From positions 15,229-79,228 of IMG/VR virus record IMGVR_UViG_3300003962_000002: 64,000 nucleotides of DNA. One strand, 5' to 3'. Positions 47,205 to 56,921 of the stretch are shown here, one piece after another. Position numbers and translations under genes: made by a program. The notes under the pieces are model-generated. The model saw nothing but the letters and a program-made list of their open reading frames with translations, searched no databases and was not told where the DNA came from. Position 1 is the stretch's first letter. Every line of letters starts with the position of its first letter. The DNA comes from a virus (lineage: Duplodnaviria > Caudoviricetes).

Positions 47205-48335
47205 TTACTCTCTAAAAGTAGTTTTTAAATTACTTGTATAATGTTGAATTAGTCGTTCAGTTCTAGCTACTAACTCTTTAAACCAATCATTTTCGTTTTC
47301 AGTAACCCATTTTCTTATGGACATTTCTAGTATTCTAGAGAAATCAGCATTGTTATTGTCTTCATAATCAGATACTAAAGAATAATAAGTGGTTCCGTCG
47401 TTTATTCGTTTTACTACTTGTAAGTTATTTATTAGCTCTATTATGTTTTTATGATCATCCATGGAAGTTGGAGACTTAGTGGAATTCTCTCTAAGCTTCT
47501 GCACTTGATCTGTCATGTCTTGTAGCTTCTCGGGATTAATTACTTTTTTGCTTTGAGCTTGTTTCTGTAACAATTTCTTAGCTCGATCATAATCCCCATC
47601 TTTAACAAGATTAACCACATCAGTAAGATTTATGTATTTACTTCTTATATCTTGAACAGCATCTTGTTTAAAAGTCCACTGAGCAAAACCTCTTCTGTGC
47701 GTATCTCTTTGAAACCTTCTTGAAGGAGACATACCAGTTTCGCCATCAGTATCATGAGTTCCAGTAAATACAGAACACTTTATTTTGAGGTGAGGAGTTA
47801 GATCTATCCCAGGATTCATGTAATAAGATATTCTTCCGGCATTGTCAGGTAGCGCAAATATCGCATTTTCAAAGAATACTTTAGCTTTTCTATACTGCTG
47901 TTCTACGGTCTCATCGGGTTGAATCTCTAATCTAAGTTCGATTCTATTAGCATTTTTTTGACCCGTACTATGATGGCCAAACACTATCCCAGTTTCATTA
48001 ATAGTAGTATAATCTTTACTTTTGTTGTATTTTGATAAATCTACTTTGCCGTCGGTTAAGAACTTTAGTACATCGTTGTCTGACTTGGGCGGATTTATAT
48101 AAGGTTGGCCTAGTTCGTTCTCTTCTCCGACTTTGTTCTGTATTTTTTGTTCTTCGGGAATGATTCTTATTTGTTCGTTTACTACGAATTTTAGGTCGGT
48201 TTTTAGCTGTTCAATAGAGGCGTCTAAAATATTGTCTAAGCCGTTTTCTACAATATTATCTTTAAAATCTTTTGTAAAATTTAAGATATCTTTATAGTCT
48301 TCGAAGTTGGAAATTAATTCTGCATATTTAGGCAT
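47205..48335 (-). CDS. Hypothetical protein (neck region)
   Basis: 376-aa ORF in the head-tail junction cluster. Confidence 0.7.
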   Translation of the reverse strand: MPKYAELISNFEDYKDILNFTKDFKDNIVENGLDNILDASIEQLKTDLKFVVNEQIRIIPEEQKIQNKVGEENELGQPYINPPKSDNDVLKFLTDGKVDLSKYNKSKDYTTINETGIVFGHHSTGQKNANRIELRLEIQPDETVEQQYRKAKVFFENAIFALPDNAGRISYYMNPGIDLTPHLKIKCSVFTGTHDTDGETGMSPSRRFQRDTHRRGFAQWTFKQDAVQDIRSKYINLTDVVNLVKDGDYDRAKKLLQKQAQSKKVINPEKLQDMTDQVQKLRENSTKSPTSMDDHKNIIELINNLQVVKRINDGTTYYSLVSDYEDNNNADFSRILEMSIRKWVTENENDWFKELVARTERLIQHYTSNLKTTFRE

Positions 48336-48338
48336 AAA

Positions 48339-48496
48339 CTATCTTCCGTAAGTTTTGTGCCATTTTTTATGACATATTTTACAGAGAGTAAGGCCGTAGA
48401 TACTTCTAAAAACTTAGCTACTTCTTCAGCAGGATATTTATTGTAATTCTGTTGTAAGTAAGTTATTTTTTCTTCTGTCCACTTAGTTCTTGTCAT
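48339..48496 (-). pseudogene. Internally deleted HNH homing endonuclease remnant
   Basis: N-terminal MTRTKWTEEKITYLQQNY...AEEVAKFL (HTH-like) then, in another frame, YGLTLCKICHKKWHKTYGR* (48339-48398), the typical end of an HNH domain. Confidence 0.65.
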
Positions 48497-48497
48497 A

Positions 48498-49253
48498 TCA
48501 GCCACGACCCAATCCTATAGCTTGCGGATTCGAGCGCCTTTTTTCCTGGTTTAAAATTCTTGTCCACTCACCACGATAATAATCTAAATTTTGATCAGAA
48601 ATAGAACTGCCGTCCTGTCCTCTAGCAGCCAACATAATAGACCAAATAGTATAATATGTGCAAAATAGTCTAAAGTTCTCAGTATTAGTTCTAGTTCTAT
48701 GTAAACTTAACTCTTCTCTCAATCTAACAGTAGCATTTCTTAAATGACCTTCAATGATATTATTTCTTGCGGTCAAGTCTTGTTTCGTAGAAGGAGGTAA
48801 GTAATCGTCAATATTAAACTTCATCATACGAACATCGGCGATAGTAGCGTAGCTAGGAATATTCATTCCAATAGCGCCTGCGCCTGCTAGAACAGTAAAA
48901 TACTCATCACCAAAACTAAAATTAATTCCACCAAGAATACCGCTATAAGTAATTACATATTCATCTAGCGGTTGCATGTTAACTGGAACGTCCCAGACAA
49001 ATTGGTATTCGAATTGTTGTCCTGGGACTAAGGAACCTTGAATGGTGGCTAGTACTATTGGGGTGGTCGATCCGCTCTTATTCAAGAATAGAGGCTCTAG
49101 TATTCTGGCTTCGGGGTACGTAGCTGTGTCTACGGTTACGGGTCTAGCTTCAGAAGTGAAAATAGTCTTAAAAGTAGCAGTAGTACCACGAATAAACTGG
49201 TAACTGTCTATAGGCTCTTTTCTAGTTCCTGTTACTGGACTTATTACAGACAT
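48498..49253 (-). CDS. Head-tail adaptor-like protein with N-terminal Ig-like domain
   Basis: RGTT.TFK..F, Y...WDVP..., YVITYSG; C-terminal YATIADVR...IE..L..A. Confidence 0.6.
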   Translation of the reverse strand: MSVISPVTGTRKEPIDSYQFIRGTTATFKTIFTSEARPVTVDTATYPEARILEPLFLNKSGSTTPIVLATIQGSLVPGQQFEYQFVWDVPVNMQPLDEYVITYSGILGGINFSFGDEYFTVLAGAGAIGMNIPSYATIADVRMMKFNIDDYLPPSTKQDLTARNNIIEGHLRNATVRLREELSLHRTRTNTENFRLFCTYYTIWSIMLAARGQDGSSISDQNLDYYRGEWTRILNQEKRRSNPQAIGLGRG

Positions 49254-49555
49254 TATTTAAACCCTAACCAAGCAAAAAAAGAAATTAAAGATGCTAACAA
49301 GGCTAATACGGCTGCTGGTAGTTTTACTGTATATAGCAGTTTGTCTCGTTTTGACTTCTGTTCTGCTTCCTGTTTAATTTGAAACTCTTCTACGGCTTTT
49401 TGGGCCATATAGTGTTTGTATACTGGTTCTACCATATCTTGAAGCATGTCTGTTCTTTGGATATGATGCTCTAAACTCTCTGTATTTCTAGCCAACGTCA
49501 CCTTTATTTCGGTTACGTCTTCTTGGATCTTATTTAACACTTCTTTGTCTGCCAT
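49253..49555 (-). CDS. Coiled-coil protein with C-terminal TM helix (possible holin/membrane protein)
   Basis: ATG 49555 after GGAG; AVLALLASLISFFAWLGFK tail. Confidence 0.65.
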   Translation of the reverse strand: MADKEVLNKIQEDVTEIKVTLARNTESLEHHIQRTDMLQDMVEPVYKHYMAQKAVEEFQIKQEAEQKSKRDKLLYTVKLPAAVLALLASLISFFAWLGFK

Positions 49556-49606
49556 GGTCCGTCTCCAAAACAACAATAGGCGGACATAGCTCCACCTACC
49601 TATTAT

Positions 49607-49625
49607 ATAGTATACCCGAAAACAA
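49607..49625 (-). promoter_or_regulatory. Putative late promoter copy (TTGTTTTCGGGTATACTAT)
   Basis: Intergenic; matches the 4-copy motif. Confidence 0.6.
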
Positions 49626-49728
49626 TTATTTAAGAAGAATATATAATACTACTAAATTTACCAATAAATTCAAATACATAAGAACTTTTATTTCTGTAGG
49701 CACTTTAAATCGTAAAGTCCTAATAACA

Positions 49729-50238
49729 TTATTGTTTCTGGACATTTTGGCCATTTTTCAACTCCTCGTATATGTCCTTAGGAGAAACGTTGTTTAAATC
49801 TTCAAATTCATAACCTAAATCCACTAACAAATTGGCCACCAACTCGGAACATATAAAAGCTTGGTCGCCGTCATAAAAGGGATTTTTTATTCGTTTTCCA
49901 AAAAAAGCACAACCTCTTACAAACCCCAAACCCATAAGCTGTTTTATTGAATATGGACGACCAGCATAATCTATGGCTTTTTGTAATAACTTTATCTTTT
50001 GTTCTTCAGTTATTTTTATCTTAAAACTATCTACTACTGTATTATGGCTTAAAAAACTATTAAAACCTATAAAATTGACTTTGAGTCCGCTGGCTTGGTA
50101 TATTAAGCTTCTGTTTAATGATTCTGAATATAAACGAATATATACGTGAGAGAAGTCGGTTCCGTCTAATTTTGTTATTAGGTATGATATTAGTTTGAGT
50201 TTGCTGGGCTTTGAGAAGCCTACGGTTAAATATACCAT
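49729..50238 (-). CDS. Permuted papain-like NlpC/P60 (YiiX/YebB-like) enzyme
   Basis: His-first FSHVYI, A..Y.G.PY, and Cys-last AFICSELV. Confidence 0.75.
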   Translation of the reverse strand: MVYLTVGFSKPSKLKLISYLITKLDGTDFSHVYIRLYSESLNRSLIYQASGLKVNFIGFNSFLSHNTVVDSFKIKITEEQKIKLLQKAIDYAGRPYSIKQLMGLGFVRGCAFFGKRIKNPFYDGDQAFICSELVANLLVDLGYEFEDLNNVSPKDIYEELKNGQNVQKQ

Positions 50239-50240
50239 GT

Positions 50241-51020
50241 TTATGCCTTATATACCTCAAAAGCTACCATGATGTCTTCTTTGTGGCCCGCAGGATGTTT
50301 AAGAACCACTTGTATCTTATTTGTATGATATGTGGCGCTGTAGGTCATATATTTACACACTCTGCCGTCAGCACTAATGCCGTTGTTTGGATCTATAAAT
50401 TTAAGATTAACACATTGGACCATTACCTTTGATCCGCCATATTGAGCCGAAACATCAGGTACTCCTATAACCCAAACCCGTACATTTTCAGTTACGTCAT
50501 TGTATGTCTTAATTGTACCACCAATAATCTCGTAGTCATAAGGAGGCTCCCACGTCATTACTGTTTTAACACAGTCGGTATCACACGATCCTTGAGCAGT
50601 AAGTTCAGTATTATTGCTATCATAATACTTAACAATCCAGCCATCAGTATCGTTCCCGTCTACATCCTTGTGATATATACTATCTATGGTTGATGTTTTA
50701 AAATCTGCGGCGGTCAGGTGGTAAGTCCACCCTGTTTTGGCCGCCTTAGGGCGAAAAATAAGAGCTGAGTCCGAGTCCTTGGGAGCATCAAGAGCAATTG
50801 TTTGTGGGTCGTAAGTTAATGGAATTCCAGTGTGATTGTTAACGAGCGTTCCTAGTGTTGCTTCTTCCGCCTCAGACAAGTCTGCTTTAAATAATATAGT
50901 TAATTGGTCGCCAAGGGTGGAAACGTGATCCAATGCCTTCGTAATAGAAGATTGCTGTATTTCTTGCGTAAGAGCATCAGCGGCAACGGGAGTTTTAGTG
51001 TAGGTGAATTGTGTTGTCAT
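50241..51020 (-). CDS. Hypothetical virion-associated protein
   Basis: 259 aa in the late cluster. Confidence 0.7.
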   Translation of the reverse strand: MTTQFTYTKTPVAADALTQEIQQSSITKALDHVSTLGDQLTILFKADLSEAEEATLGTLVNNHTGIPLTYDPQTIALDAPKDSDSALIFRPKAAKTGWTYHLTAADFKTSTIDSIYHKDVDGNDTDGWIVKYYDSNNTELTAQGSCDTDCVKTVMTWEPPYDYEIIGGTIKTYNDVTENVRVWVIGVPDVSAQYGGSKVMVQCVNLKFIDPNNGISADGRVCKYMTYSATYHTNKIQVVLKHPAGHKEDIMVAFEVYKA

Positions 51021-51835
51021 GTTCCGAGCCTTATCAATATTAAACTTCTATCATTAACAGTGAGTGTTCCTGTGTTATCGCACGAAACCTCAACCGCACA
51101 AGCTTGTGAGCCATCAAATGACGCAACAGTCATGGTGGAATCTACCATAGTCTGGTTTGAATGGGCCGTGTCTTGCCTTCTCAACGTATCAGCCAATGCT
51201 ACTCCTCCACGTGTAATTCGCCACCAATGGCCTTTTGGAGTTTTTGTGTAATAAACTGAAGCATTGTACCAAATTCCATAGGTCCCTGCTTGTGGAGTTA
51301 TGGAAAAACTAGTTATAGGAGTAAATGTTGGATTTCTTACTGAAGTGGAAAATGGAGTTGAGCTAATTAAATTATAATTAATAATTCCGGTAGCGACTGA
51401 AGACAAAAGAGCTTGGTAGTAAATCCAGGTGCCGGATGCGTCTGGATTTAGTCTGAGATACAAAAACCCAATGGATTGTTGTGCGAGCGTGAATAATAAC
51501 GAGCCAGCATTGTCTTTGATTGAAATAATTTCGTTTGTAGTGTTGACTATTGTGTAATACGAGCCGATCATAATTTGATTAGCTGGAGGCATTAAAACAG
51601 AATATCCAGCACCAGATCCAGTAAGATAGTGTAAGGTACTGGAGTCGGCTGGTAAATTTAATGTCCCTGCAGCCGATATTGCGTGAGTTTGAGAGTAGTA
51701 GATAGTGTGTTCTCGTAACTCTTCTAAAGCATCTTGAGTAGAGTTTACAGGATGTTGTACTCCAAAACCATATTGACCATTCTTCGTGTCAAATGGTGTG
51801 GAGGCTGCAACTTGTATTAAGTTATCTCTAGACAT
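51017..51835 (-). CDS. Hypothetical fibre-like virion protein
   Basis: TQDALEEL, VLMPPAN, beta-rich C-terminal domain. Confidence 0.65.
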   Translation of the reverse strand: MSRDNLIQVAASTPFDTKNGQYGFGVQHPVNSTQDALEELREHTIYYSQTHAISAAGTLNLPADSSTLHYLTGSGAGYSVLMPPANQIMIGSYYTIVNTTNEIISIKDNAGSLLFTLAQQSIGFLYLRLNPDASGTWIYYQALLSSVATGIINYNLISSTPFSTSVRNPTFTPITSFSITPQAGTYGIWYNASVYYTKTPKGHWWRITRGGVALADTLRRQDTAHSNQTMVDSTMTVASFDGSQACAVEVSCDNTGTLTVNDRSLILIRLGT

Positions 51836-52140
51836 TAAGCTCTCTCAGCTACACGAACGGTTATTGTGCCGGAATCTGACAATAAATATATCTTTTGTTT
51901 AGCTCCAGCTTCGTAAGTTTCTTTAGAGTCTTTAAAATGTATAAATCCTTTTGTATTTACGTCTGATACAGAAGGAGGACTTCCATCATCAGCAAAAAAT
52001 ACATATAATTTACCAGAAGGTTGAATAGTTATTACTTGTCTATCTGTGTAAGCTGAAGCTCCCACTTTAGCTTCCACTACTGCTCCAGTTCCTACAGAGA
52101 GAACTCCTTGTAAGGATGGTCCGTCTAAGGGTTGTAGCAT
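51835..52140 (-). CDS. Small beta-sandwich protein (putative head accessory)
   Basis: 101 aa, alternating beta pattern. Confidence 0.65.
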   Translation of the reverse strand: MLQPLDGPSLQGVLSVGTGAVVEAKVGASAYTDRQVITIQPSGKLYVFFADDGSPPSVSDVNTKGFIHFKDSKETYEAGAKQKIYLLSDSGTITVRVAERA

Positions 52141-52141
52141 A

Positions 52142-52351
52142 TTATGTTCCTTTTGAAGATTCGGTTATCTTTTTTATTTCTAGTACATTAGCGTCTATTT
52201 TAGGTAACAGAATCTGTTGCATAAATGAGAGAAGTTTGTAATACTGAATTAGCTCTACTGTGTTTAGTCGTAATTCGCTGTGTTTGGCCACCATGTTTAA
52301 GAACTCGGTTACTTTCTTTTTGTCTTCGTCCGTAAACTTCATTTCAAACAT
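52142..52351 (-). CDS. Hypothetical protein
   Basis: AGGAG RBS; 69 aa, helical. Confidence 0.7.
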   Translation of the reverse strand: MFEMKFTDEDKKKVTEFLNMVAKHSELRLNTVELIQYYKLLSFMQQILLPKIDANVLEIKKITESSKGT

Positions 52352-52371
52352 GGTGACTCCTAACTACAGTA

Positions 52372-52959
52372 TTAGCTTAGTTCTAAAGTTCTGATTTCTG
52401 GAGTTTTTCCAGATTGACCTACAAATTCAATATCTACGGCAGCTCCGGCCCTAAGTTCCATAAGAGATCCTGGAGAAATTGGAAATCCAGAAGCAGCAGT
52501 AACTCCGGAGGCCCCAATAAAAACTTTAGTATTATCATTATTATAAATGTACAAATACTTTCTATTGGACAAAGGAGAAGCAACTACGTCTTCTGCGGCG
52601 TCTGCTACTGCGAGGGGGTTTGCTGCGGTGGCTATAGCTGTGTTGGCTAAAGCGGCGTCACTGACAGTAAGTGATGCGTTTATGATGTTTACGTCTAAAC
52701 CAACATCGGCTCCAACGGTGGTAGAAGTGATGGCGTTGCCTGCTCCATCATTTGTCCAAGATTCTACGGAGTCGTCCGCAGCACTAAGATCCACTTCTAC
52801 GTTAATGCCTTCTGCTACACGAACGTCGAGTGCTTTTTTGCCGCCTACGTCTGTGTGAGTCAATAGCGTACCGTCAGACGCTCGTAAGAACGCTCCAACG
52901 CTGTCACTATCAAGAATACTCTGCGCATCCGAGGTGTCGAAAATTAAATGGTCTTTCAT
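52372..52959 (-). CDS. Putative head decoration/fibre protein
   Basis: ALDV repeats then RK.LYIYN....VFIG...VT...GFPI.PG..MEL beta-sandwich. Confidence 0.6.
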   Translation of the reverse strand: MKDHLIFDTSDAQSILDSDSVGAFLRASDGTLLTHTDVGGKKALDVRVAEGINVEVDLSAADDSVESWTNDGAGNAITSTTVGADVGLDVNIINASLTVSDAALANTAIATAANPLAVADAAEDVVASPLSNRKYLYIYNNDNTKVFIGASGVTAASGFPISPGSLMELRAGAAVDIEFVGQSGKTPEIRTLELS

Positions 52960-52979
52960 CTGTCAATCCTTCCTTATGG

Positions 52980-53630
52980 TTAATTCCAACTCCAAATCTC
53001 TACTATCTCCCCGGATTTGCTACTAGCAAAATAGATAGTAAAAGTTGTTATATTTATATCTTGTTCTTCGAATATAGCTCCTGGAGATACTGTTACAAAC
53101 GTGGTATTGGTTTGTCCAGAAGTTTTGGCTATTTGTAGTTTTGCATTACCTCTAGCTTTTATTTTAAATTTCTTGGTTCCCGTAGGAAAAGCATATGAGT
53201 ACTCCGTGTTTGCTAATATTGCAGTAATATTTGCTATGTTGAAGTTTGCTGCCGGATTAACTACTACGTTTATGGAACCGTCGGGATTTATAGCTAATTG
53301 GTCGCCTTGGGCGTCTTGGATGGCTACATTATCACCATCAGCAGCGTCTAATTCCACATTAGCATTAATGGAGCCGTCAGCCTCTACCTGCAAAGTAAAG
53401 CCTGTATCCGGATCGCCTATATGTACTCCGTCTTCAGCTACATCCAAATCTACCGTAGCTTGTACATTTTGGGCCACAAAGTTAGCATCTACTGCTAATC
53501 GCCTAGTACCATTACTATCGACAACTTCGTCTATAGGTAAGCCGCTACGAGGACCAACCAAAGTATTACCTTGAGTTACTCCTCGACTATTATGTTGAGT
53601 TCCTGACGATTTGTTAGATTTAGTGGCCAT
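52980..53630 (-). CDS. Putative head decoration/fibre protein
   Basis: Repeats LQVEADGSIN / LAINPDGSIN; C-terminal beta-sandwich. Confidence 0.6.
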   Translation of the reverse strand: MATKSNKSSGTQHNSRGVTQGNTLVGPRSGLPIDEVVDSNGTRRLAVDANFVAQNVQATVDLDVAEDGVHIGDPDTGFTLQVEADGSINANVELDAADGDNVAIQDAQGDQLAINPDGSINVVVNPAANFNIANITAILANTEYSYAFPTGTKKFKIKARGNAKLQIAKTSGQTNTTFVTVSPGAIFEEQDINITTFTIYFASSKSGEIVEIWSWN

Positions 53631-54196
53631 TATTGTCCAACTAACTTAGCTCGTTCTAATTTATTAATGACTTTAGTTTTCCACTTTGAACGCTCATCGA
53701 ACGTTAGTCTTTCAGGAACGTGGATACCGTATTTTTCTAACTCAGGATCGTGCAATATGTGCGCTCTACAGTAACCAGATGGACTTTTCTTCAAAGCTTC
53801 ATGCTTGCAAAGTTCTCCAGTTTTAGTTCTGAAGGCGCAACCTTTGTTCTCTACGTGATCTACTTCTTCTTCTACTTTTGATATTGCTTTTTCTTTTTCT
53901 ACGGCTTCTTGTAGTTGTTTATTATAGTAATAATAAACGTCTTGTCCATATATGATTTTTACGTCCATCGGTCTGGTGACGAACTGTAATTTTCTTAAGA
54001 ATATTAGGGGGTATTCTGGGGCGTCTTTTAGGAATGGTAACATCTTGAGTTGTTTATAAGCTTTACTGCCTACGACTACTACTCCGTACCCATTACGAAA
54101 TTTCACTCCACACAAAGAGCCGTTTAGGCCACTTAATCGGTGTTTTATAACTACGTAATTTCTATCTGTTTCTAGTTTTTTGGTTGTCCAAGTCAT
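53630..54196 (-). CDS. Hypothetical protein with C-terminal C3H zinc finger
   Basis: ATG 54196 after GAGG; CAFRTKTGELCK...YCRAH. Confidence 0.7.
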   Translation of the reverse strand: MTWTTKKLETDRNYVVIKHRLSGLNGSLCGVKFRNGYGVVVVGSKAYKQLKMLPFLKDAPEYPLIFLRKLQFVTRPMDVKIIYGQDVYYYYNKQLQEAVEKEKAISKVEEEVDHVENKGCAFRTKTGELCKHEALKKSPSGYCRAHILHDPELEKYGIHVPERLTFDERSKWKTKVINKLERAKLVGQ

Positions 54197-54217
54197 GTTA
54201 ATTCCTCGTTTTAACAT

Positions 54218-54250
54218 AAAAAGAAAGGAGTGGATTATACAATCCACCCC
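54218..54250 (-). terminator. Intrinsic terminator after the major capsid gene
   Basis: Minus strand GGGGTGGATT-GTAT-AATCCACTCC then TTTCTTTTT. Confidence 0.75.
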
Positions 54251-54291
54251 TAACAAAATCACTACCTATAGAAGTGCTTTAGAGGTAGCTA

Positions 54292-55611
54292 TTAAGCACC
54301 AAGAGGCAAACAAGCTCTCATACGAGCGAGTGCCAAACGGTTGTAAAGGTCGAAACCGCAATACCATTTCAAACGGTACTGGTATGCGTTCTCGTCTTCA
54401 CGAGGACCAACAAACTCAAGTTTCAAACCGGCGTTGTTGGAAGAGGTAAACCCTGCGATACCTTTGTACTCACCCCAGCAGCCGCAATAGATGCTAGAAC
54501 CGTCGAGACGATCAGCAAGAACTACGTCTTGAGCGTTTGTGAATACTGCGTCGTTAGGAGCTTTACGAGCTACCATTTTGTTTTGCTCTGGGTCAAAGAA
54601 AGAACCAGTAGAAGCAACGGTAAGGGTGGTAGTACCAGCACCTGCGCTAATATCCCAACGATAAAGAACGCCGTCAGAACCACGCATAAGGGCATGAGCT
54701 TCTTCACCGTCACCAGCAACACCTACTTCAAGAGTAGTGGCGTTGGAGAAGGCTTTTACAAGAGTAGAAGCTTGCTCATTAACCGCCTCATAACGACTTA
54801 CAAAGTCATTACGGAATACGGGGATATCTTGGTAATACAACATTGGTTTTTCGTTGCCGAGACCTTGACGTTGGATTTGAGCTGCGTCCGTACCACCACC
54901 AGTGTTACGCAAAAGTACACGGAGGGTACGAATTTCACGACTGTTCATCATCATGAAGTCTGGGGCCGCTGCCGTGATACGGTCAATAAGGGCGTCCAAA
55001 TCTTCGAGAGTAGGAACTCGACCTTCACGACCTACACGGGCGCTAGAAGGATCGTCTTCAAACAAAGCGAGAGTTTGGGTAGAAGCCCCTGCGTTGTAGA
55101 ACGGGTGGTTAACGTCGTCTGCGTTGCCGGCTTCGGCGTCCAAAATAGAAGCCATGCCTTTGAAACGGTCAGCCAAACCGATGGGGCCGTTGTTGGCGGT
55201 CATCAAAGCTGCACCACGATTAGCATTAACAATAGCATTCATATAAATACGAGCGATTTGTTTTGCTTTTGCGGAGATTTGCACTTGAAGTTGGTCGTTA
55301 GACTCTCCAAGTTGGTCTTCGATTTGACCGTCGATGATAATGTCAGCCAAAATAGCAGAGAGGTTTACGTTTACGTTTTCGAACGTAGCACCGCTTTGGA
55401 ATTTGGACTGGTTGAGGTTAGTTCCTGGAGAAGCCCAATCAGCTGCTGCAAGAGTTTTTTCACGAGTAAAGGTATAAGCAAGGCCTTCAAAAACTACGAA
55501 GGGAAGAAACTTAAACCATTCATCCACGGAAATGATGTCTGCAACAATACCTTCAACGAGTTCGTTGTTGGATAGTACCGCAGCATCCGACAGAGAAATA
55601 ACTTGTGCCAT
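54292..55611 (-). CDS. Major capsid protein (HK97-fold)
   Basis: LPF....G.AY.F.RE, L..LD.LID.I, LMMN, Y..IPV.RNDF, Y.YRLKWYCG; strongly biased codon usage; follows scaffold. Confidence 0.88.
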   Translation of the reverse strand: MAQVISLSDAAVLSNNELVEGIVADIISVDEWFKFLPFVVFEGLAYTFTREKTLAAADWASPGTNLNQSKFQSGATFENVNVNLSAILADIIIDGQIEDQLGESNDQLQVQISAKAKQIARIYMNAIVNANRGAALMTANNGPIGLADRFKGMASILDAEAGNADDVNHPFYNAGASTQTLALFEDDPSSARVGREGRVPTLEDLDALIDRITAAAPDFMMMNSREIRTLRVLLRNTGGGTDAAQIQRQGLGNEKPMLYYQDIPVFRNDFVSRYEAVNEQASTLVKAFSNATTLEVGVAGDGEEAHALMRGSDGVLYRWDISAGAGTTTLTVASTGSFFDPEQNKMVARKAPNDAVFTNAQDVVLADRLDGSSIYCGCWGEYKGIAGFTSSNNAGLKLEFVGPREDENAYQYRLKWYCGFDLYNRLALARMRACLPLGA

Positions 55612-55635
55612 GTTCGATTAACTCCTAAATAATTG

Positions 55636-56532
55636 TTATCGGCCTCTAAAGGCTGTGTTTGTACCCGTCTTAGCTTTCTCTAGTCCAGCTTTGATCAAGG
55701 CTCTTGAACCCATTTTCTTACGTGCTTCCCGTTCTTCTTCTTGGATTTTTGCAGAGTTTACTCGTGCGCCATCCGCAGCGCCTGGAACGGAATGATTAAC
55801 TACGATCTTCTTCTCGCCAAACAGACCTTTTTGTTTCGCTTCAGCAAGAGCCAGCCAACCTTCATGAGGATCTTCATAACCTTTTACCATTTTTTCAGCA
55901 AACTGTCTAAAATCTTCAGGAATACTGTCTATATCTTCTTTAATGCGATCCCTATACACTTGTTTACGGGCCTCTTGCTCCGCTTCATACTGTATAGCTT
56001 TGCTTTTGTAGCTCTCGACTTCTTTTTCTTTTTCTTCTAATTTTTGTTTGTAAGCGAGTTCTACTTCTGTTAGTCGAGCTTCACGATGAGCTAATTTATC
56101 TTCGATTGATCGCTTTTTATCCTCTTGTTCAGCTTTAAGAGCCTCTAGCTGCTTTTTAGCTTCCAAAGCGGATTCAGCTTCTTTCTTGATTTGCTCAATC
56201 TTTTCTTGAGTTTCTTTATTAATTTTGTCTAATTGATCTTGTACTTTAGTGCGAATTGCTTTATTTTCTTCTCGCAATTTAAGTACTTCTTTTAACGCAC
56301 TGTCTTTTGTCCAATCTTCTGGATTTTGTACAGTTTTGTCTGGGGTTGGTGCTGGTGTTGTTTCTTTTTGAACTTCTGTAACAGATCCAGTTTTTGCAAT
56401 AATGTCTTCGCCACGTTTTAGTTTATCTGACGTTGCATCCGACCCTACAATAGCCGTTTCTGTCGATGCGGTGATACTCGTCTCAGCCGCTTTACCTTCA
56501 CCTTTTTTACCCAATTGATTCAATAAATCCAT
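55636..56532 (-). CDS. Capsid scaffolding protein
   Basis: K/E-rich coiled coil (LREENKA.R); position between portal and MCP. Confidence 0.75.
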   Translation of the reverse strand: MDLLNQLGKKGEGKAAETSITASTETAIVGSDATSDKLKRGEDIIAKTGSVTEVQKETTPAPTPDKTVQNPEDWTKDSALKEVLKLREENKAIRTKVQDQLDKINKETQEKIEQIKKEAESALEAKKQLEALKAEQEDKKRSIEDKLAHREARLTEVELAYKQKLEEKEKEVESYKSKAIQYEAEQEARKQVYRDRIKEDIDSIPEDFRQFAEKMVKGYEDPHEGWLALAEAKQKGLFGEKKIVVNHSVPGAADGARVNSAKIQEEEREARKKMGSRALIKAGLEKAKTGTNTAFRGR

Positions 56533-56570
56533 TTTGTTCTCCTGGCTCTACCAGTAAAGTTAATAAAATC

Positions 56571-56921
56571 CTACCTATTTAGCAGATCTACTGCACCACT
56601 TGTAGGGAAAGTTTGTGAAAATCCATTAGTATTCATAGCATTATAATACGGATTATGAGACTTACTTACGTTTTGTTGTATGTTTGTTGGTAGTAATTTT
56701 ATCTCATATATCATGGACGGCGAGAATGCTGTTACTACTGGGGAAGTTAATTTAAAAGGTTGTTGTTCTTTTACTGAGGTTGTCCATGCTTCGTGTAACT
56801 TTTCCCATTCCGCATAACACACGTCGAAGTTCGGATTTTCCAAAACCACTACGTGTTGTCCGTCTGTTCTAAATACTATTACCCCGTAAACTACTTGCTC
56901 TTCTTTTTGTGCCTTGTTCAT
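56571..56921 (-). CDS. Hypothetical protein
   Basis: GAGG RBS; 116 aa. Confidence 0.7.
   Translation of the reverse strand: MNKAQKEEQVVYGVIVFRTDGQHVVVLENPNFDVCYAEWEKLHEAWTTSVKEQQPFKLTSPVVTAFSPSMIYEIKLLPTNIQQNVSKSHNPYYNAMNTNGFSQTFPTSGAVDLLNR

Noticed and set aside
48314-48505. 63-aa ORF as an intact functional protein
   Set aside because: Better explained as a frameshifted fusion of HTH and HNH fragments of a deleted endonuclease
54529-55575. 348-aa plus-strand ORF opposite the major capsid gene, and many similar antisense ORFs opposite the sheath, fibre, TMP and baseplate genes
   Set aside because: Shadow frames produced by the strong codon bias of highly expressed genes; no RBS, no recognisable motifs
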